A stretch of DNA of 64,000 nucleotides from Raja brachyura (lineage: Eukaryota). The notes under the pieces were generated by a model. The model was not told the origin of the DNA, made no database searches, and saw only the letters and a program-made list of their open reading frames with translations. Made by a program: the position numbers and the translations under genes. Positions 1 to 13,606 of the stretch are shown in pieces; position 1 is the first letter of the stretch, and each line of letters opens with the position of its first letter. The stretch lies in the NCBI GenBank assembly GCA_963514005.1, contig OY740789.1:52824001-52888000 (forward strand), written 5' to 3'.

Positions 1-1744
1 CATAACCGTCAATTTCTCCATCTTTCCAGAAATAAATTTAGTATGTCTTTCCAATAAATATGCTTTAACATTCCTAGTGCATGAGTCAAGGTTGCCGTCA
101 CCATTAGTTTCAAGCTTCCCTTCACTTCTGCTTTTCACTATACAGAAAGTACTTTGTTCTGTCTTCTAGGTCCACAAGGTGAATTGCATTACATTATTCT
201 TCATTGAAATCTATTTGCCAAATTTCTGTCCCTTCACCTTATCCTTAGCAATTTCATAGTTCCATATATACTGCTTTAAAACCTACTATTCAAAAAATTA
301 ATAGCTATTACCAGTGGTACTAAGATTAATGGTTTGAGAACGGTGGCAATAGGCAAAATAATTCAATGTAGTATTGGAAATCTGAAAGCTTGCATATGTT
401 ATTAATTAACTTCCCTCAATATCTCACCATTATCATTACTCACTCTGGATTGATTTTGTTTTTTTGTGAGGAATATCTGAGTTGTAAAGAGAAGTATATT
501 TTTTCTAAGAACAAAGTCAATATTAGCATCTTAACCACCTTCTTAAAAGTGAAGGGTTCTATCTTGGAAAGAATTCATGTTGATTAATTTCAGATACTAT
601 TGAACACCTACAATGTAAAATGAGGCTGAATTTGTCACAAATTGTTTATGCTTAAAGAAGGATGATTGAATTGAATGCAAGTTCATTGGTCTGGGTTTTG
701 CTGCCAAAATAACTGGTCAATGTGCACACCATTAATGAGTATAGTTTAGTTTATTACATCTACCAAGAAACAGTGAAAAGCTTGTTTTGTGTTATCCATT
801 CAAATCATACTATACATGAGTACAATCATAAGCAAATAAAAAAAAGTGAAACAATTATAGGTAGATCATCTTCTGGAAGAACATGCAAAGAGTCACCCTG
901 TTCTGGTGCCATCTTGCAACTTTCAAGTGTCTAAAGTTTGATCATGGCCTACGGAGATGTGTAATTTCTTATTTTCTCACTTTAAGGCCTGGTGTCCTGG
1001 CAGCACTGGCCCAGCACAACGCTGTTGGTTCCTTTTACCACTGCTCCCTGCAACTGCTGCAGGTTGTGCTCAATCTACTCGCTGCCCAGTTGCTGTGGGA
1101 CGTCCATTGGCCACCTCCACCAACACCACGACCCGCGTCCATTGCAAGCGCGCTGTCCATGGCGTCCAGCAACCACCTCAATGCTTCCGTACGCAGAGGT
1201 CACCACATCCCACTAATGTTGCTCATACATTCTACAACCTCACAATCCTCTGTGCCTAAACGTATTTCTCACACTCTGTCCTACTTTTCACAACAAACCC
1301 ATGCCTCCCCATCTCTGCCCCTCTCTATCTCTACCAACAGTTGCTCCCAGTCTCCTTTATTCTTTGGTCTCTTTTTGCCTATTGCTAAATTTCTGCATAA
1401 TACTTTTTTTAGTCAAAGACATAATATAACAAAGCACATATCTGCATTTAATAATCTCACTTGAATCTGATCACTACTTTTTCAAATTACTAGGTATTTT
1501 TCACGATTGTTAATGGACACCCTTGAAAGGGGGCATCAGTCTTGCACAAATTCACATTCTCATCCAAGTACCGGGGTAAGTTGAATGTAGTTCTCATGTT
1601 ATTGAGGATTTGGTCGATTTCAGTCCAGCTCTGCTTCTGAATAAATTGCAGAAAAAGTACGCCTGGTGCTTCAGTCTTCTCTCTGATTATTAATCTCAAG
1701 GTAATGGTCTAAGGATTTTAAACATTAAAATCAAATGTTTAAAT

Positions 1745-1870
1745 GTAGAAACAGGGAACTGCAGAAGCTAGTTTTCAAAACAAAGGCACAGAGCTGGAGT
1801 AACAGCTTGTCAGGCAGCATCCCTGGAGTATATGGACATGACATTTTGGTCGGGACCCTTCTTCGGACCA
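1745..1870 (-). mobile_element. Penelope 3'-end fragment, degenerate hammerhead core
   Basis: gaactgcag...gctggagtaac...caggcagcatc...gggacccttcttcggac. Confidence 0.7.
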
Positions 1871-2598
1871 AATCAAATCTTTGATTCCTCTAATATTTTA
1901 ACTTCTCTATCCTTTTGCTTATACAATTTTGGAAGAATTTTGCAGATATCAAATTTTAACTTGGAATCCATTATCTTTAATTTCACCTGCTTCTTTCTCG
2001 AATTGTATTTGATTTCAACGTTGCACTCATTTGCAAGGTTAATCATTTTCCCGCTTTGCTTTTTTTCCTTTGATCCATCAAGGCATATATAGATTTAATA
2101 TGTCTTTTGTTGCATTGTATTTTGTAAATATTAGTTCCACATATATCTTATAATGTTTATGGAGGACGTCCATTTATACTCATTGATTTGATTCTTGAAT
2201 AATCCTGTGGTCAGCTCCAATGCTCGTACGATACACCCACCAGGGGTTGTACGATGACAAAAAGGCAGAATATATAGTTAGACTCCAAATTCAAAGTGAT
2301 CAGTATTGTGTACAGATTCAGACTTCCAGAATTATCACGATCCATTTTGTCGTAGTTCCTGATACCTAGTTGATATATATAGCTTGATGCCGAAAAATTG
2401 AAACTTCATATCTTCAAAGCCAGCTCCATAGAGCTATCTGCAGCACCTTATATAATTCAAACCCGATTGTAAAGTTATTTAGGCTATGTAACTCCAGAGC
2501 AGTTTACAGACCTCTAGAAGTAACCAGAAACTATCTCAAGCTGCAATGCTTGGTAAATTTCAGCAGGATATTCAAGTATAAGTTTAGGGTGACATTGT

Positions 2599-2850
2599 TT
2601 ACAGCACCAGAGATGATCCAGACTTGGGTGCTGTCTGTACAGAGTTTGTACGTTTTCCCTGTGATTGCGTGGGTTTTCTCCAGGTGTTCCGGTTTCCTCC
2701 CACACTCCAAGGATGAATACGTTTGTGGGTCAATTGACTTTGGTAAAATTGTAAATTGTCCCTACTAGTGTGTAGGATTGTGTTAGTGTACAGGGTTATC
2801 ATGTACGGCGTTGGGCCAAAGGGCCCATTTCTACATTGTATCTCTAAAGT
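2599..2850 (+). mobile_element. HE1-like V-SINE, 5'-truncated
   Basis: Homologous to 5038-5335. Confidence 0.85.
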
Positions 2851-2934
2851 CTATAATTGCAGTGGTTTGGATCTAGTGGTTGGATCTCTTTGCTATTCAT
2901 TCTTATTACAGCTGGACATAATTTTGCTCAGCCA

Positions 2935-3270
2935 CCTCGTCTCCGTTCTAAATGGCTTACTCCTTATTCTTAAACTGTGGCTCCTGGTTCTGGACTTCCC
3001 TAACATTAAGAACATGTTAACTGCCTCTAGCATGTCCAAACCCTTAACAATCTTATATGTTTCAATAAGATCCCCTCTCATCCTTCTAAACTCCAGAGTG
3101 TCCAAGCCCAGTCGATCCATTCTCTCAGCATATGACAGTCCTGCCATCCCAGGAATTAACCTTGTAAACCTACTCTGCACTTCCTCAATAGCAAGAATGT
3201 CCTGCCTCAAATTAGGGGACCAGAACTGCACACTATACTCCAGGTGTGGTCTCACTAATGCTCTGTACAC
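2935..3270 (-). mobile_element. CR1-clade LINE fragment (ORF2 C-terminus)
   Basis: LVRPHLEYSVQFWSP...RFTRLIPGMAGLSYAER...RRMRGDLIETYKI in ORF 2893..3492. Confidence 0.92.
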
Positions 3271-4079
3271 TAGGGCTCTGCAACGTTTCGGGTTGAAATC
3301 CTCTTTAGTCTGTCTATTGGGTGAACATTTTATATCCTTCATGTATTTGAATGTTGAAGCTTTCAGCAATATTTTACATGACAAAGTTGCAGGGAAGCAG
3401 GGTGACTCAGAGAATTCCACTGATTCTAGTTGCACAATTTGAATCCTGATATTGTTGGTCAATTTCTTCAAATAATTATGAGTAACTGACAATCTCGCAA
3501 TTAGTCATCCAGCAAATCCGGGCAGAATTCCAAAACAAGATGTAACAATCTCATCATGCAACATTGGAATATTGTGGAATATTGATTCACACCCAGCCTG
3601 TTTTGCTTTGTTAAAAATGGCAGAATGCTTTCAAAAAACATTTAGAGAAAAGTTTTTTATGGTATATTTACATATTCATAGCCACCAGGTCAAAATTTGG
3701 GTAGACATTAATACAATGTGCAGAACAATTGCAATTGTACATAGCAACAACCAGGACTTGAAAATGGCTCTAAAAACTGGTGACTCTGTATACTGTCTCA
3801 GTGTACTACCAATATACATTTGTACTCTATCTGAGGCACTTATCTAAGTGCTTATGTATAGTGATACGTACAGATCTGTATAGAAAAATGAATTTCACGG
3901 TACAGGTGGCAATAAAGTACCATTGAACTTATAAGGATTTATAACATCTTAAATTGTGGTTTTTAAGTGCAGTTAAATTGGTTTCTTCAAGATGTGGAAT
4001 TTAAAGCATAGAATTATCACACCCTACCCCAGTGGCAGCCAGCCCACTGTATAATGGTAATTGTACTTTTAATTACAAC

Positions 4080-4550
4080 ATTATTAGGCATTAGCTAGGG
4101 AGAGTAAATTGGGAGCAGCTGTTATTGAGTAAGTCCTCATCTGAGATGAGGGAGTCGCTTAAAAACCAACTGATCAAAGATCAGGACTGGCATGTTAGGG
4201 ACAGGGATGCCAATGTAACGAGACCATGTAGGTTGTAAATTTGGTCAAAAAGGTAAAAAAAGCATACATAGAGTTTAGGAAGGTGAAATTCGGCAGGGCC
4301 TTTGATGAATATAAAGCAAGCAGGAAGGAATTCAAGCAGAGAATTAGTAGGACTGAGGCCATGAAACGTCTGAAGCAAATAGGATTAAAGAGAATCCCAA
4401 GGCTGTTTATGCATACGTTAAAAACAATAGGATAACTAGGGAGAGGATAGAACCACTCCAGGTTAAAGGAGGCAATTTATGCTTGGAGTCAGAGGGTGTA
4501 GTTGACGAGTACTGAATGAGTCCTTTCCATCTGTATTCACCAAGGAGAAG
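4080..4550 (+). mobile_element. Degenerate CR1 ORF2 fragment (endonuclease-RT linker)
   Basis: KAYIEFRK...EYKASRKEFK and aataggattaaagagaatcccaaggc (RIKENPK). Confidence 0.7.
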
Positions 4551-4554
4551 GTCA

Positions 4555-5010
4555 GAGAGTCCATTACACAGACCAGACTCCCCACCATTGACCCCATCCA
4601 CACTTCAGGGTACCTCAGGAAAGCAGCCATCATAATCAAAGACCTTTATCATCCCGATCATTCTGCCTCATCCCTGCTCCCATCGGGTGAAGATATAAAA
4701 AATTAAAAACACATGCCACCAGTCTCAGGAATACCTTCTTCCCCTATGTTATCAAACTTCTTAACAAGTCCTCCCATAAGCCAGAGCAGAGTCCCAATTT
4801 CCCACCCTACCTCATTGCAGACATTGGGCTTTTTCTCTAGAACGATTATACTACCATGTAGAGAAACTATATTCTGCACTCTGATATTTTTCCCTTTGTT
4901 ATTCCCATTATATTTCTTCGGCTTGATTGTATTCATGTATAATATCTGATTTGATTAGATAGCACGCAATCAATAGCTTCTCACTGTGCACGTGACAATA
5001 ATAAACCTAA
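4555..5010 (+). mobile_element. Rex1/Babar-type LINE 3' end
   Basis: Degenerate IIKD..HP...LPSG region homologous to 46380-46600; tail cactgtgcacgtgacaataataaac. Confidence 0.75.
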
Positions 5011-5037
5011 CCCGAAACCTTGTCAAGAATGTACGCT

Positions 5038-5335
5038 GGCGGCACGGTGGCGCAGCGGTAGAGTTGCTGCCTTACTGTGCTTGCAGCGCCAGAGACCCAG
5101 GTTCGACCCTGACTATGGGTGCTGTCTGTACGGAGTTTGTACGTTCTTCCCGTGACCGTAAAGATTTTCTCCAAGATATTTGGTTTCCTCCCACGCTTCA
5201 AAGACATATAGGCTTCTAGGTTAATTGGCTTGGTATGCGTAAATTGTCCCTTGTGCATGTAGTGTTAATGTGCGGCGATCACTGGTCGGTACGAACTCGG
5301 TGGGCTGAAGGGCTGTATCTCTAAACTAAACTAAA
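5038..5335 (+). mobile_element. HE1-like tRNA-derived V-SINE, near full length
   Basis: A box tggcgcagcgg, B box ggttcgacc, core ggtttcctcccac, CR1-like tail ending (ctaaa)n. Confidence 0.9.
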
Positions 5336-6596
5336 AAAAACTAATGTAGATACTTTTGAGATTATTAAACAAAGTGACTATTTCCAGAATTCCAGACTTA
5401 GGAGAAAGACAATCAAACTTGTTTTCCCAGAAGGAAGATAAATCGGGGACTTCAATGCAGTGTTTATAATGTTGCGGTCATGTTGGGGTAAACAAGTCAT
5501 AAAATTGAAGTTGTAGTAATGGAACTGAGAAACATGATTGTTAAATTGGTAAGCTCTGGAAATATCAGAAATTGGAAGATATTTGGTTATCCAATAATAA
5601 AGTTGTCTCACATCAAAAACAGTTCATGAATTATTTCTTGGGACAATGAATTGTATCTATCCCAAGGTGGAAAGGAATCTTACAAGGATAAATGTACGCA
5701 TATTAAAAACACAACAATGTAGCCTATAAACCTCCTCGCTTTTTGTCCCTGAGAAGCGTCATCTGTGGAATGCAGTCAGGCAGCTTTTGAAAATGTGCTG
5801 TGCTTGGAGCTCAACATTTTTAGGTGCGACATGAACAAGAAGATTTATGTTTTTAAATAAGTTTTAGTTTTCTGTAAATTGTGCAGAACGCTATGCGCGT
5901 TCATCACCTTTAAGAAATTAAAATATATTGGTGAGAATAAATCACAGTTTGTACTGTGTTGGTGTGTTTATAAGGGGCAGGTTAAGCTTGCAAACTTGGC
6001 TCCATCAAACCCCCCGCCCGAAATTAAAGCGCCTAATGAACAGTGAGCAAACATGGGCAGAGATCCCTGACGATCAATGTTAACCAATGTTATGTATTTG
6101 CACTTCATTTGAGACACGCAGGCACACACCAACAAACATGTTCCCTCTACACTTGTCCCATCTGCCTGCGTTTACCCCATATCCCTCTGAACCTATCGTA
6201 TCCAGGAATCTCCTACCAGAAATGGGTGAGAGCTTTATAACAACTTAATGGAATTTGTACCGTTTTCTGAGCTGAATATCAAATATATTTAAGCATGAAT
6301 GCATAAAATTCACATCCAATTGTTTATGTTTTTTAATTATTATTATGTTCCTTATTGGCCTGGGTTTTGTAATCTGTGATGGAGCAACTCTGCTCTCCAA
6401 TGACTTTGAAGGAATCTGCCCACAAATATCTAACCATCACTGAGTCAGACATTCCTGCCATCAGCTGTTGTCAAATGACAATCAAGGGGATTGTTGGTGA
6501 AGAACAACGCTGATGCCGTCAGGCCGACTGACCAGCCAATTGAAATACTCTGGTAGACCATTAACATAGAAGTAAAAGATACATTTCTTCAATGAA

Positions 6597-6735
6597 TAGT
6601 TTAGTTTAGAGATACAGCGCAGAAACAGGCCCTTCGGCCCACCGAGTCCGCAGCGACCAGCGTCCCCTGCACATTAATACAAGCCTATACACACTTGGGA
6701 CAATTTGCACTTATACCAAGTATACAAACCCACTA
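6597..6735 (-). mobile_element. HE1-like V-SINE 3' part
   Basis: (tttag)n agatacagcgcagaaacaggcccttcggcccacc. Confidence 0.8.
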
Positions 6736-6830
6736 TTTCTTTCCAAACTCCAGCAAGGAAAGCAGCCATGCCTATATATATATGAGTCTTGAAGCTAGAA
6801 ATAATTAATAATTAAAGCTAGAAAATATTA

Positions 6831-7414
6831 CTAGCCCAAGTGGGACCCGTTGGGTCCCATGTTCACACGAGAGGTCTGGTCCCCCAACGCAATATTCCAC
6901 CTCTCCACCAATTCCAATATTGGTGGCCAGTGGGGAGGGGGAGCGTAGGGGGGCGAGCGCTGGCCACCACATTCAAATGCAATTTCATGCCATTTCAAGC
7001 AGAGCGCAGGCCACCAAATGCAAATGCAATTTCATACCATTTCAAGCAGACCGCAGGCCACCACATTTAAATGCAATTTCATACCATTTCAAGCAGAGCG
7101 CAGGCCACCAAATTCAAATGCAATTTCATACCATTTGGGCTTTATACTCCGCCCCCCCCCCCACCCGGAAGGGGCATTACCTTCATCATGGTGATTGATA
7201 GGAGAGATGACCAATCGGGTGATCTCAAGATTTTTTTAACATTCATAACTTTTTTATTTTTCATCGATCGGAAAAAATCCTCGGGGCTGCCTCAGCGGAG
7301 GAGGACTGTGAGTAAGATGGCCAAAAATCATAGCAATATATGGTAGCATTTTTTCTAAAATCAATATAGAGCGCAGACAGGAAGTGGTCAAGATAAGACT
7401 TCTAGTTATATAGA
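6831..7414 (-). mobile_element. Non-autonomous Helitron
   Basis: Minus strand: A|TCTATATAACTAG ... GGGACCC-AAC-GGGTCCC hairpin, ACTTGGG, CTAG|T; TC start, CTAG end, subterminal hairpin, A/T target, no TSD. Confidence 0.85.
6962..7136. repeat. 47-bp minisatellite, ~3.7 copies, inside the Helitron
   Basis: Unit ggccaccacattcaaatgcaatttcataccatttcaagcagagcgca starts at 6962, 7009, 7056, 7103. Confidence 0.95.
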
Positions 7415-7459
7415 TAATGCATTTTACAATAGTTTGCTTTTTATTTATTTTTATTTTCT

Positions 7460-7745
7460 GTGACAGTGGGACAACGGTAGCGTTGCTGCCTTAGCGCCAG
7501 AAGCCCGAGTTCGATCCTGACTATGAGTCCTGTCTGTTCGGAATCTGTACATTCTCCCTGTGACCGTGTGTATTTTCTCCGGGTGCTCCGGTTTCTTCCC
7601 ACACTCCAAAGGCATACAGGTTTGTAGGTTAATTGGCTTTGATAAAATTTTAAATTGTCCCGAGTGTGTAGGATAGTGCAAGTGTACAGGGTGATCACTG
7701 GTTGGTGGGCTGAAGGGCTTGTTTCCGCACTGTATCTCTAAAGTC
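7460..7745 (+). mobile_element. HE1-like V-SINE
   Basis: B box gagttcgatcc, core ctccgggtgctccggtttcttcccacactccaaag, tail gtatctctaaag. Confidence 0.88.
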
Positions 7746-8749
7746 CTAAGTTATCCTTTATATTTCAATCTGAATGGAAACCAATCTCTAGTTCGTGCTA
7801 GAGTCCAGTTTTGCCCTCGTGTTTTATGCCTCTAGCTCCAATCTAGGATGCCACTGGGGACATCAGTAAATCTGCAGTGCACAGATGTATAGAGTAGGTG
7901 ACTGATGCATTGTTTGCCAGAGGTAGCACTTAACTTTCCCCGTGGACAGCCAACAACAGCATGAAGGGCCACAGCATTTTTCAAGTAGCAAGGTTACCCA
8001 AGGTCCAGTGTGTTATTGATGGTACCCAAATGGCCCTGTGTGCTTCAGTGTACAATAATTGTTCATTCATGACTGCAAAGGATTACCCCACTATTAATGA
8101 GCCACCATCTGCACAGAAGCATGCAGGTAAACGTCTGCAGCTTAAGCAGCATTTCTCATCCCTTTGTTTTAAGGCAATGTGCAATGCCACCCAGAAAAAG
8201 AGAGTGCAAAATTAGTTCCCAGGAGATTAATTTTAAGCCCTGCAGCTCAAACTCACGAGTCTCCATAGCAACTATGTCCAGGTAAAATAAGGTACACTCA
8301 TCCACCAAATTTATCCTCCAATATGCTATAGTGTTTGGTAATAACAGACTCGGATGTCTCACTGCAATACACTATAATAAAATAGATGTTGCTGAGATGA
8401 GAAAGTTATGCAACTGGAAATACCAGACAATGATCAGCTAAGAAATGACATGATAGGAGAATACATTGAATTAATTGCTACTGAAACATACTGTCAGGTA
8501 CTAGTTTGCAGGTACTTGAGGAACCACATTACCACATTCTCAGTATCTATCCACTCATTAAGGAGCAGTGCTCCCAGTTCTTCAAAATCCTGAAGAATAC
8601 ATCTTCACCTACAGTAACATGACATTTACTGAGCTGCTGCAGATGTCAGCCCTTGGCAAAGTCCGACTCCATAACAAGAAATGTCTCCAGAGACAGTTCC
8701 ACTGAAATAAATGCAAGTAAATGTCCAACCTGTGCTTATGAACTGTCTG

Positions 8750-8844
8750 AGTCTGAAGAAGGGTTTCGGCCTGAAACGTTGCCTATTTCCTTCGCTCCAT
8801 AGATGCTGCTGCACCCGCTGAGTTTCTCCAGCATTTTGTGTATC
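8750..8844 (+). mobile_element. 95-bp Penelope 3'-end insertion starting at the hammerhead motif
   Basis: CTGAAGAAGGGTTTCGGCCTGAAACGTT at 8753-8780; 15-bp TSD cttatgaactgtctg at 8735-8749 and 8845-8859; homologous to 31225-31320. Confidence 0.85.
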
Positions 8845-9379
8845 CTTATGAACTGTCTGTTTAGTTCCTCTTATAGTGTACATTTGGTCTACCTATGATT
8901 ACCTGCATAATACATACAATCAAGACTATCTTTCCAAAGTCACCAGCTCCAACATTTCTCCATCTGCAGTAATTGAACTGTTCCTGACAACTTCACAGCC
9001 AAACACTACAGTGAACATAGTGATGGAAGAAGTTGCCAATACATCATTTATCTAGCACTTGTTCACTCCCAATCTACTTACTTATACTTTGTTTGGGCTA
9101 GCCCGATTTTAGGTCTTGGTTTAATATTTAGATTTAGAAGCTAGATGTAAAGAAGGGGAAAGAACAGCCCTGGCAATCAAGACAGCTTTCAACCAAGTGC
9201 TGCACCGAGGTACTAGACAGATATGAGTCCTTAGATATACATTGGAAAATCCTTTAATATCCAACAAAGGAAGATAATTGTCATTGATGGTGAATCAGAG
9301 AAGCAGAATATTGGTGTTGCAATTTCATCTTGTTGAAATCTCTTCAGCTATCGGGGAACCCAGAGTCGGGAGATCAAGC

Positions 9380-9655
9380 ACCAAAAGGACATAGGCTTAA
9401 TCTGACGGGAAAGATTTAATATGAACCTGAGGGGCATATTTTTCACACAAGGGTGGTGGGCATATGGAACGAGCTGCCAAATGAGTCAGATACTATAACA
9501 ACATTTAAAATACATTTGGACAAGTGCATGGATAGGAAAGGTTTAGAGTGATATGGGCCAAAAACAGGCAAGTGCGACTAGTGTAGACAGGACACCTTGG
9601 TCAGCATAGGCAAGTTGGGCCGAAGGGTCTGGTCCCATACTGTATGACTTTATGT
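9380..9655 (+). mobile_element. CR1-clade LINE 3' end
   Basis: ttttcacacaagggtggtggg...ggataggaaaggtttagag...gttgggccgaaggg; tail shared with the SINEs. Confidence 0.8.
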
Positions 9656-9807
9656 AGCTTTTGGCATCATGGATTTAAGTTTCACTGGACAGTTGGACGC
9701 AAATAAGTGAATAGGTTCAAGAAAAAATAGACATGAAAACAGTAATGAATCGGGGCCATTGATTCTGTACACTCTCCTCACTCGCTCAGATGTGTGTCCT
9801 CCTCAAA

Positions 9808-10093
9808 GTTTAGTTTAGTTTATTGTCACATGTACCAAGGTATAGTGAAAAGCTTTTGTTGTGTGTTAACAAGTCATGCATGATTACAATCGAGCCATCC
9901 ACAGTGTCCAGATGCATGATAAAGTGAATAACGTTTAGTAGAAGATAAAGTCCAGTAAAGTCTGATTAAAGATGGTCCAAGGGTCTCCAATGAGGTAGAT
10001 AGTAGCTCAAGACCACTCTCTAGGTGTTGGTCGGATGGTTCACTTGCCCGATAACAGCTGGAAAGAAACTGTCCCTGAATCTGGAGGTGTGCA
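9808..10093 (-). mobile_element. Rex1/Babar-type LINE 3' end
   Basis: tttattgtcacatgtacc...gtgaaaagcttttg...aaactgtccctgaatctggagg; same family at ~29600-29865, 42948-43410, 47150-47520, 56874-57240 and a variant at 745-830. Confidence 0.8.
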
Positions 10094-13000
10094 TTGATGA
10101 TAGTTTGGTTTACGTTTCTTCTCTTTTCGTGGACTACCTTCTGCGAGTCAATTAGCAAAAGTATGAGTGAATACATGAATAAGTCGCATAGTCGACTAAG
10201 TGGACATAACCTGTTAGAGAGGAGACTATTTAAGAGCCAAGGGAAGAGACATGTACAAGTGAGTTTTGTTTTCCAGTGCACCCTTCCCCACAATAGCCAG
10301 TCATGAGAAGCACTTAAGGTTCTATAATCCCATAACTCCAATATCAATATATACTTTGTAGATGGCAGATGGTGGAATTCCTTCTAAAATGCAAGCTACC
10401 AAAGAGAAGCATTATTGACACTGAGAAGCTTGATTCCAGTGTGTAAATTAGGCTGACCCTCGAGACTGAGGCAAGGTCAACATGTAAAAGTTAGATGAAT
10501 GCCAATGACAAACTGCCAAAATGAAGGCCTCAGACCAAAATTAGGGCTTCACTGATACGATTGTCAAAAATGTTGAAATATCCATTGCACAAATGTTCTA
10601 TCTGTATTTGCATCATGCATCAGCTAAACCCAGCCTTTAATTATTTAGCACTGTTTCCACACAATGGTAGATTTAATCCAGATAAATAGTAGTATAACTA
10701 TGAAATTGGTTGCCACCTGCCTAGCTAATGGATTGGAATGAGGAAACAATGGAAAATGGCCCTGTTGAAGTCGTATGTAATTCAGTTTTGGGAAAGAAAT
10801 ATAAAATGATGTTAGCAATATTACTAATAGAATATCTTCAGATAACAAGAAAGTCGATTCAAAGAGAGTAGAGCATGCAAACAGGAAGGTGATGAGTGAC
10901 TATGAAGTGATGACAGTGAGCCGAGCTAGAAAATGGAGAGAGGGAACCATACCCGTACTTCTGAATACCAGCAAGTTCTGTAGTGAGCAGATTAAGTTGC
11001 AGTGGGCAAAAAATGTTCTTCAACATGGATCAAGCTGGCTGCTGCGGATTATATTTGGGAAGCTAAAAGGTCATTCGCAGATTGGCAGGTGACCTTGAGG
11101 GAGCAGGTAAGACCTAAGCTGGTTTTTCCACATTCCTGCTTACATTTTCTGTTGCCTTCATGTCGGTACAGGATGGTACTCAAAATGTAGCAGAGTATTC
11201 TTAAGAGACAACTTTAAATGCATAAATTAGAAAAATGAAATGCAATTGTTGGCAGAGAAATATGCACTTGGGAAGGCAGCCTTGTGATATTTGAAACTTG
11301 GCGGTTGCAGAAGTAGTCTCCAGTAAGAAATGATTTTCACTTTAACTAATATGATTAACTCTTTCACCAATTATTTCATAGAGAATGGAAAAGGCAGATA
11401 GTATGGGCGCTGTAGTTTTATTGAAAGGTATGCATATGAAGGAATCCAGGCCTTTGTTTTTATTTTTGTCTCCCCTGCTTGTAGATTAGGTAAGTTAATT
11501 GAACAAGTCACTAACTGCTGTTAACATGGGGGGTGGTAGGTGCAGGAAAATGGGCAGGGTTTAACCAGTTGTTCAAGCAGCTAGGCATTTTACTTCCAAA
11601 AACAGTCAAAAGTTCAAGTCACAGCAAGCCTGTCACTCACTGTCGCTCACTTCGGGAGCTGGCTCTGGTCTGCTTTCTGCCTGATGACCAGATGACTTGT
11701 CTCTGGGTCCTTTCTTCTCCACTGGTGACTGGGGGTGGGTGCTGCACAAAACTGAGTGAATGGTGGGCTCATGCTCTGCAAACCCCAGCTCCTTTGCACA
11801 TATTTGCAAGAGCACCGTGGAGTAAAGGGTTTCACTCATTGCTGTAGAGCGCACACGTGAGAGGAATTAGCACCGTCGGTCTCACACACACAGAGTTCCC
11901 ATTTTGTGGTGGCTGCATTTTGCATAACACAACAGCCCTCGAGAACCTGCAACTTTTTCTCAATGTCCTACTTCCATCTGCAGGCGTGTGGTATTGAAAC
12001 CAAAGAGTAAATATTTGAGAGTGTAAAATAATCTTCAAAGTTTTACTTAAATGCTGATTTTTTTTTCATCCTTATGAACATTATTTGCAAACATTTGCAC
12101 AATGCATTAGACATTTCCAAATGCCTGAAAGTCAAAAGTGACATAGGTAGATGGAATATCATTGAGTAAACTTGGATCATTGAAAAGATGGAAATAAATT
12201 ATTGAGAATTGTGTCCTTTAGTATGGCACTATCCTGGTAAATGATTTAATGTACTTCTGTGCTTATTTCCAACTCCATTACTCGATTCGTTTATGAAATA
12301 GTCATTTAAGATTAATTCACTATGGTATCAAAATTGAACAAGCTATGTTCAGTGCTACTTTTCATGAAGGGTGAACTATCCCCTGCCACTAACTGTTATT
12401 ACACAACTATATATTGCTGTCAGCTGCAGTCTTCAAAGCTTAAAAAAGTTCCTGACACCAGCTATTGCTTTTCAGCACCAATGCTTCCAGCTGCTAACTA
12501 GATCTCCTCATTGCTAAATATCTCTTCCCTGTAAAACTTCCTCTAGCATCCATTTTCAGTGGATTAATATCTCCTGTCATTGTTACTGAGCGCTGATACT
12601 TAATATTGCTACCTAAGACATTTTGCTTTAAAACATTCTTTTCAGCATTAAATCAAATGTACAAGCGTTGTTGCTATTTAAACATTTCATTTAAGGCATA
12701 ATGCATCATTTTTTCTCAAAAATACAGGGAGTTATTTGCATAATGAATAAAGTTTTTTTTTTGTCAATGAAATGCTCTGATCTCTCATTCTGTTACTGTC
12801 CTGGATAAAGGCCCATCAAGGCTCCCAACATTTTTTTTAAATTCCTGTGCCTAGATTATGTGTTTCATTCAACCCTTAAATTGCTTACTTAAATTTCTCA
12901 ATCAGAACACTGGAATTCAATCACATAAAGCTGCTAATATAGTTACTATGGATCCCATTTTCCACTGATTTTTTGATTGTGGGAATATTTTTCTAACTTA

Positions 13001-13606
13001 CACTTGATGCAACTTTTAATGAAATGTTATTTGGAATTGATTAATGTAAATGTCACAAATAACTTACAACATAACTAATACAAGCAATGATTATTTGCAA
13101 TAGTATTCTCAGCATCACAGTAATATTTTGAACGTTACCTGATCCCCCCACCCATCTTTGTCCAATCATGTAAGTGCATCTCACTCTTGTATTATCGGAT
13201 CTGCAAAATCATTGATTCTTATAATTTTCTGAGTTCTTGATTCGTATTTTCTGATATAGATTGTTTGGTTCTGGTCTCCCTAATATTAGAAGTGTACTGA
13301 TATGTTCATGTTAGATCACTTGTGACAAAGTTGGATTTTGAGCATGATTGAGAATGAGTTAAGTTGAATTGAACGTTAATATTTTTACAGAATAATGTTT
13401 CGTCGTACTCTGAATCGTATAATTACCGGGGCTGAGGGAGATAATTCTACAGAGCACTTCCTCGGCCATTCAAAGGATAAAACATGCTGCATCCAAGCTG
13501 TTAAAAACCACAGCAATCTAGGTATTTGCTGCAACCTGGTTTGCTTCGCGAATACTACGTTACAAACTAGTATGTGACCGTTAACAAAATAATTTACCAG
13601 ACAATA

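Noticed and set aside
883-1464. 193-aa ORF and overlapping ORFs
   Set aside because: No recognisable domain or splice context; starts in a repeat and has low-complexity composition
2756-3442. 228-aa plus-strand ORF
   Set aside because: Antisense shadow of the CR1 fragment plus SINE sequence
5038-5115. tRNA-like A and B boxes
   Set aside because: SINE heads continuing into core and tail; no complete cloverleaf
6962-7136. Regular repeats suggesting a CRISPR array
   Set aside because: Head-to-tail units with no unique spacers, eukaryotic context, no cas genes
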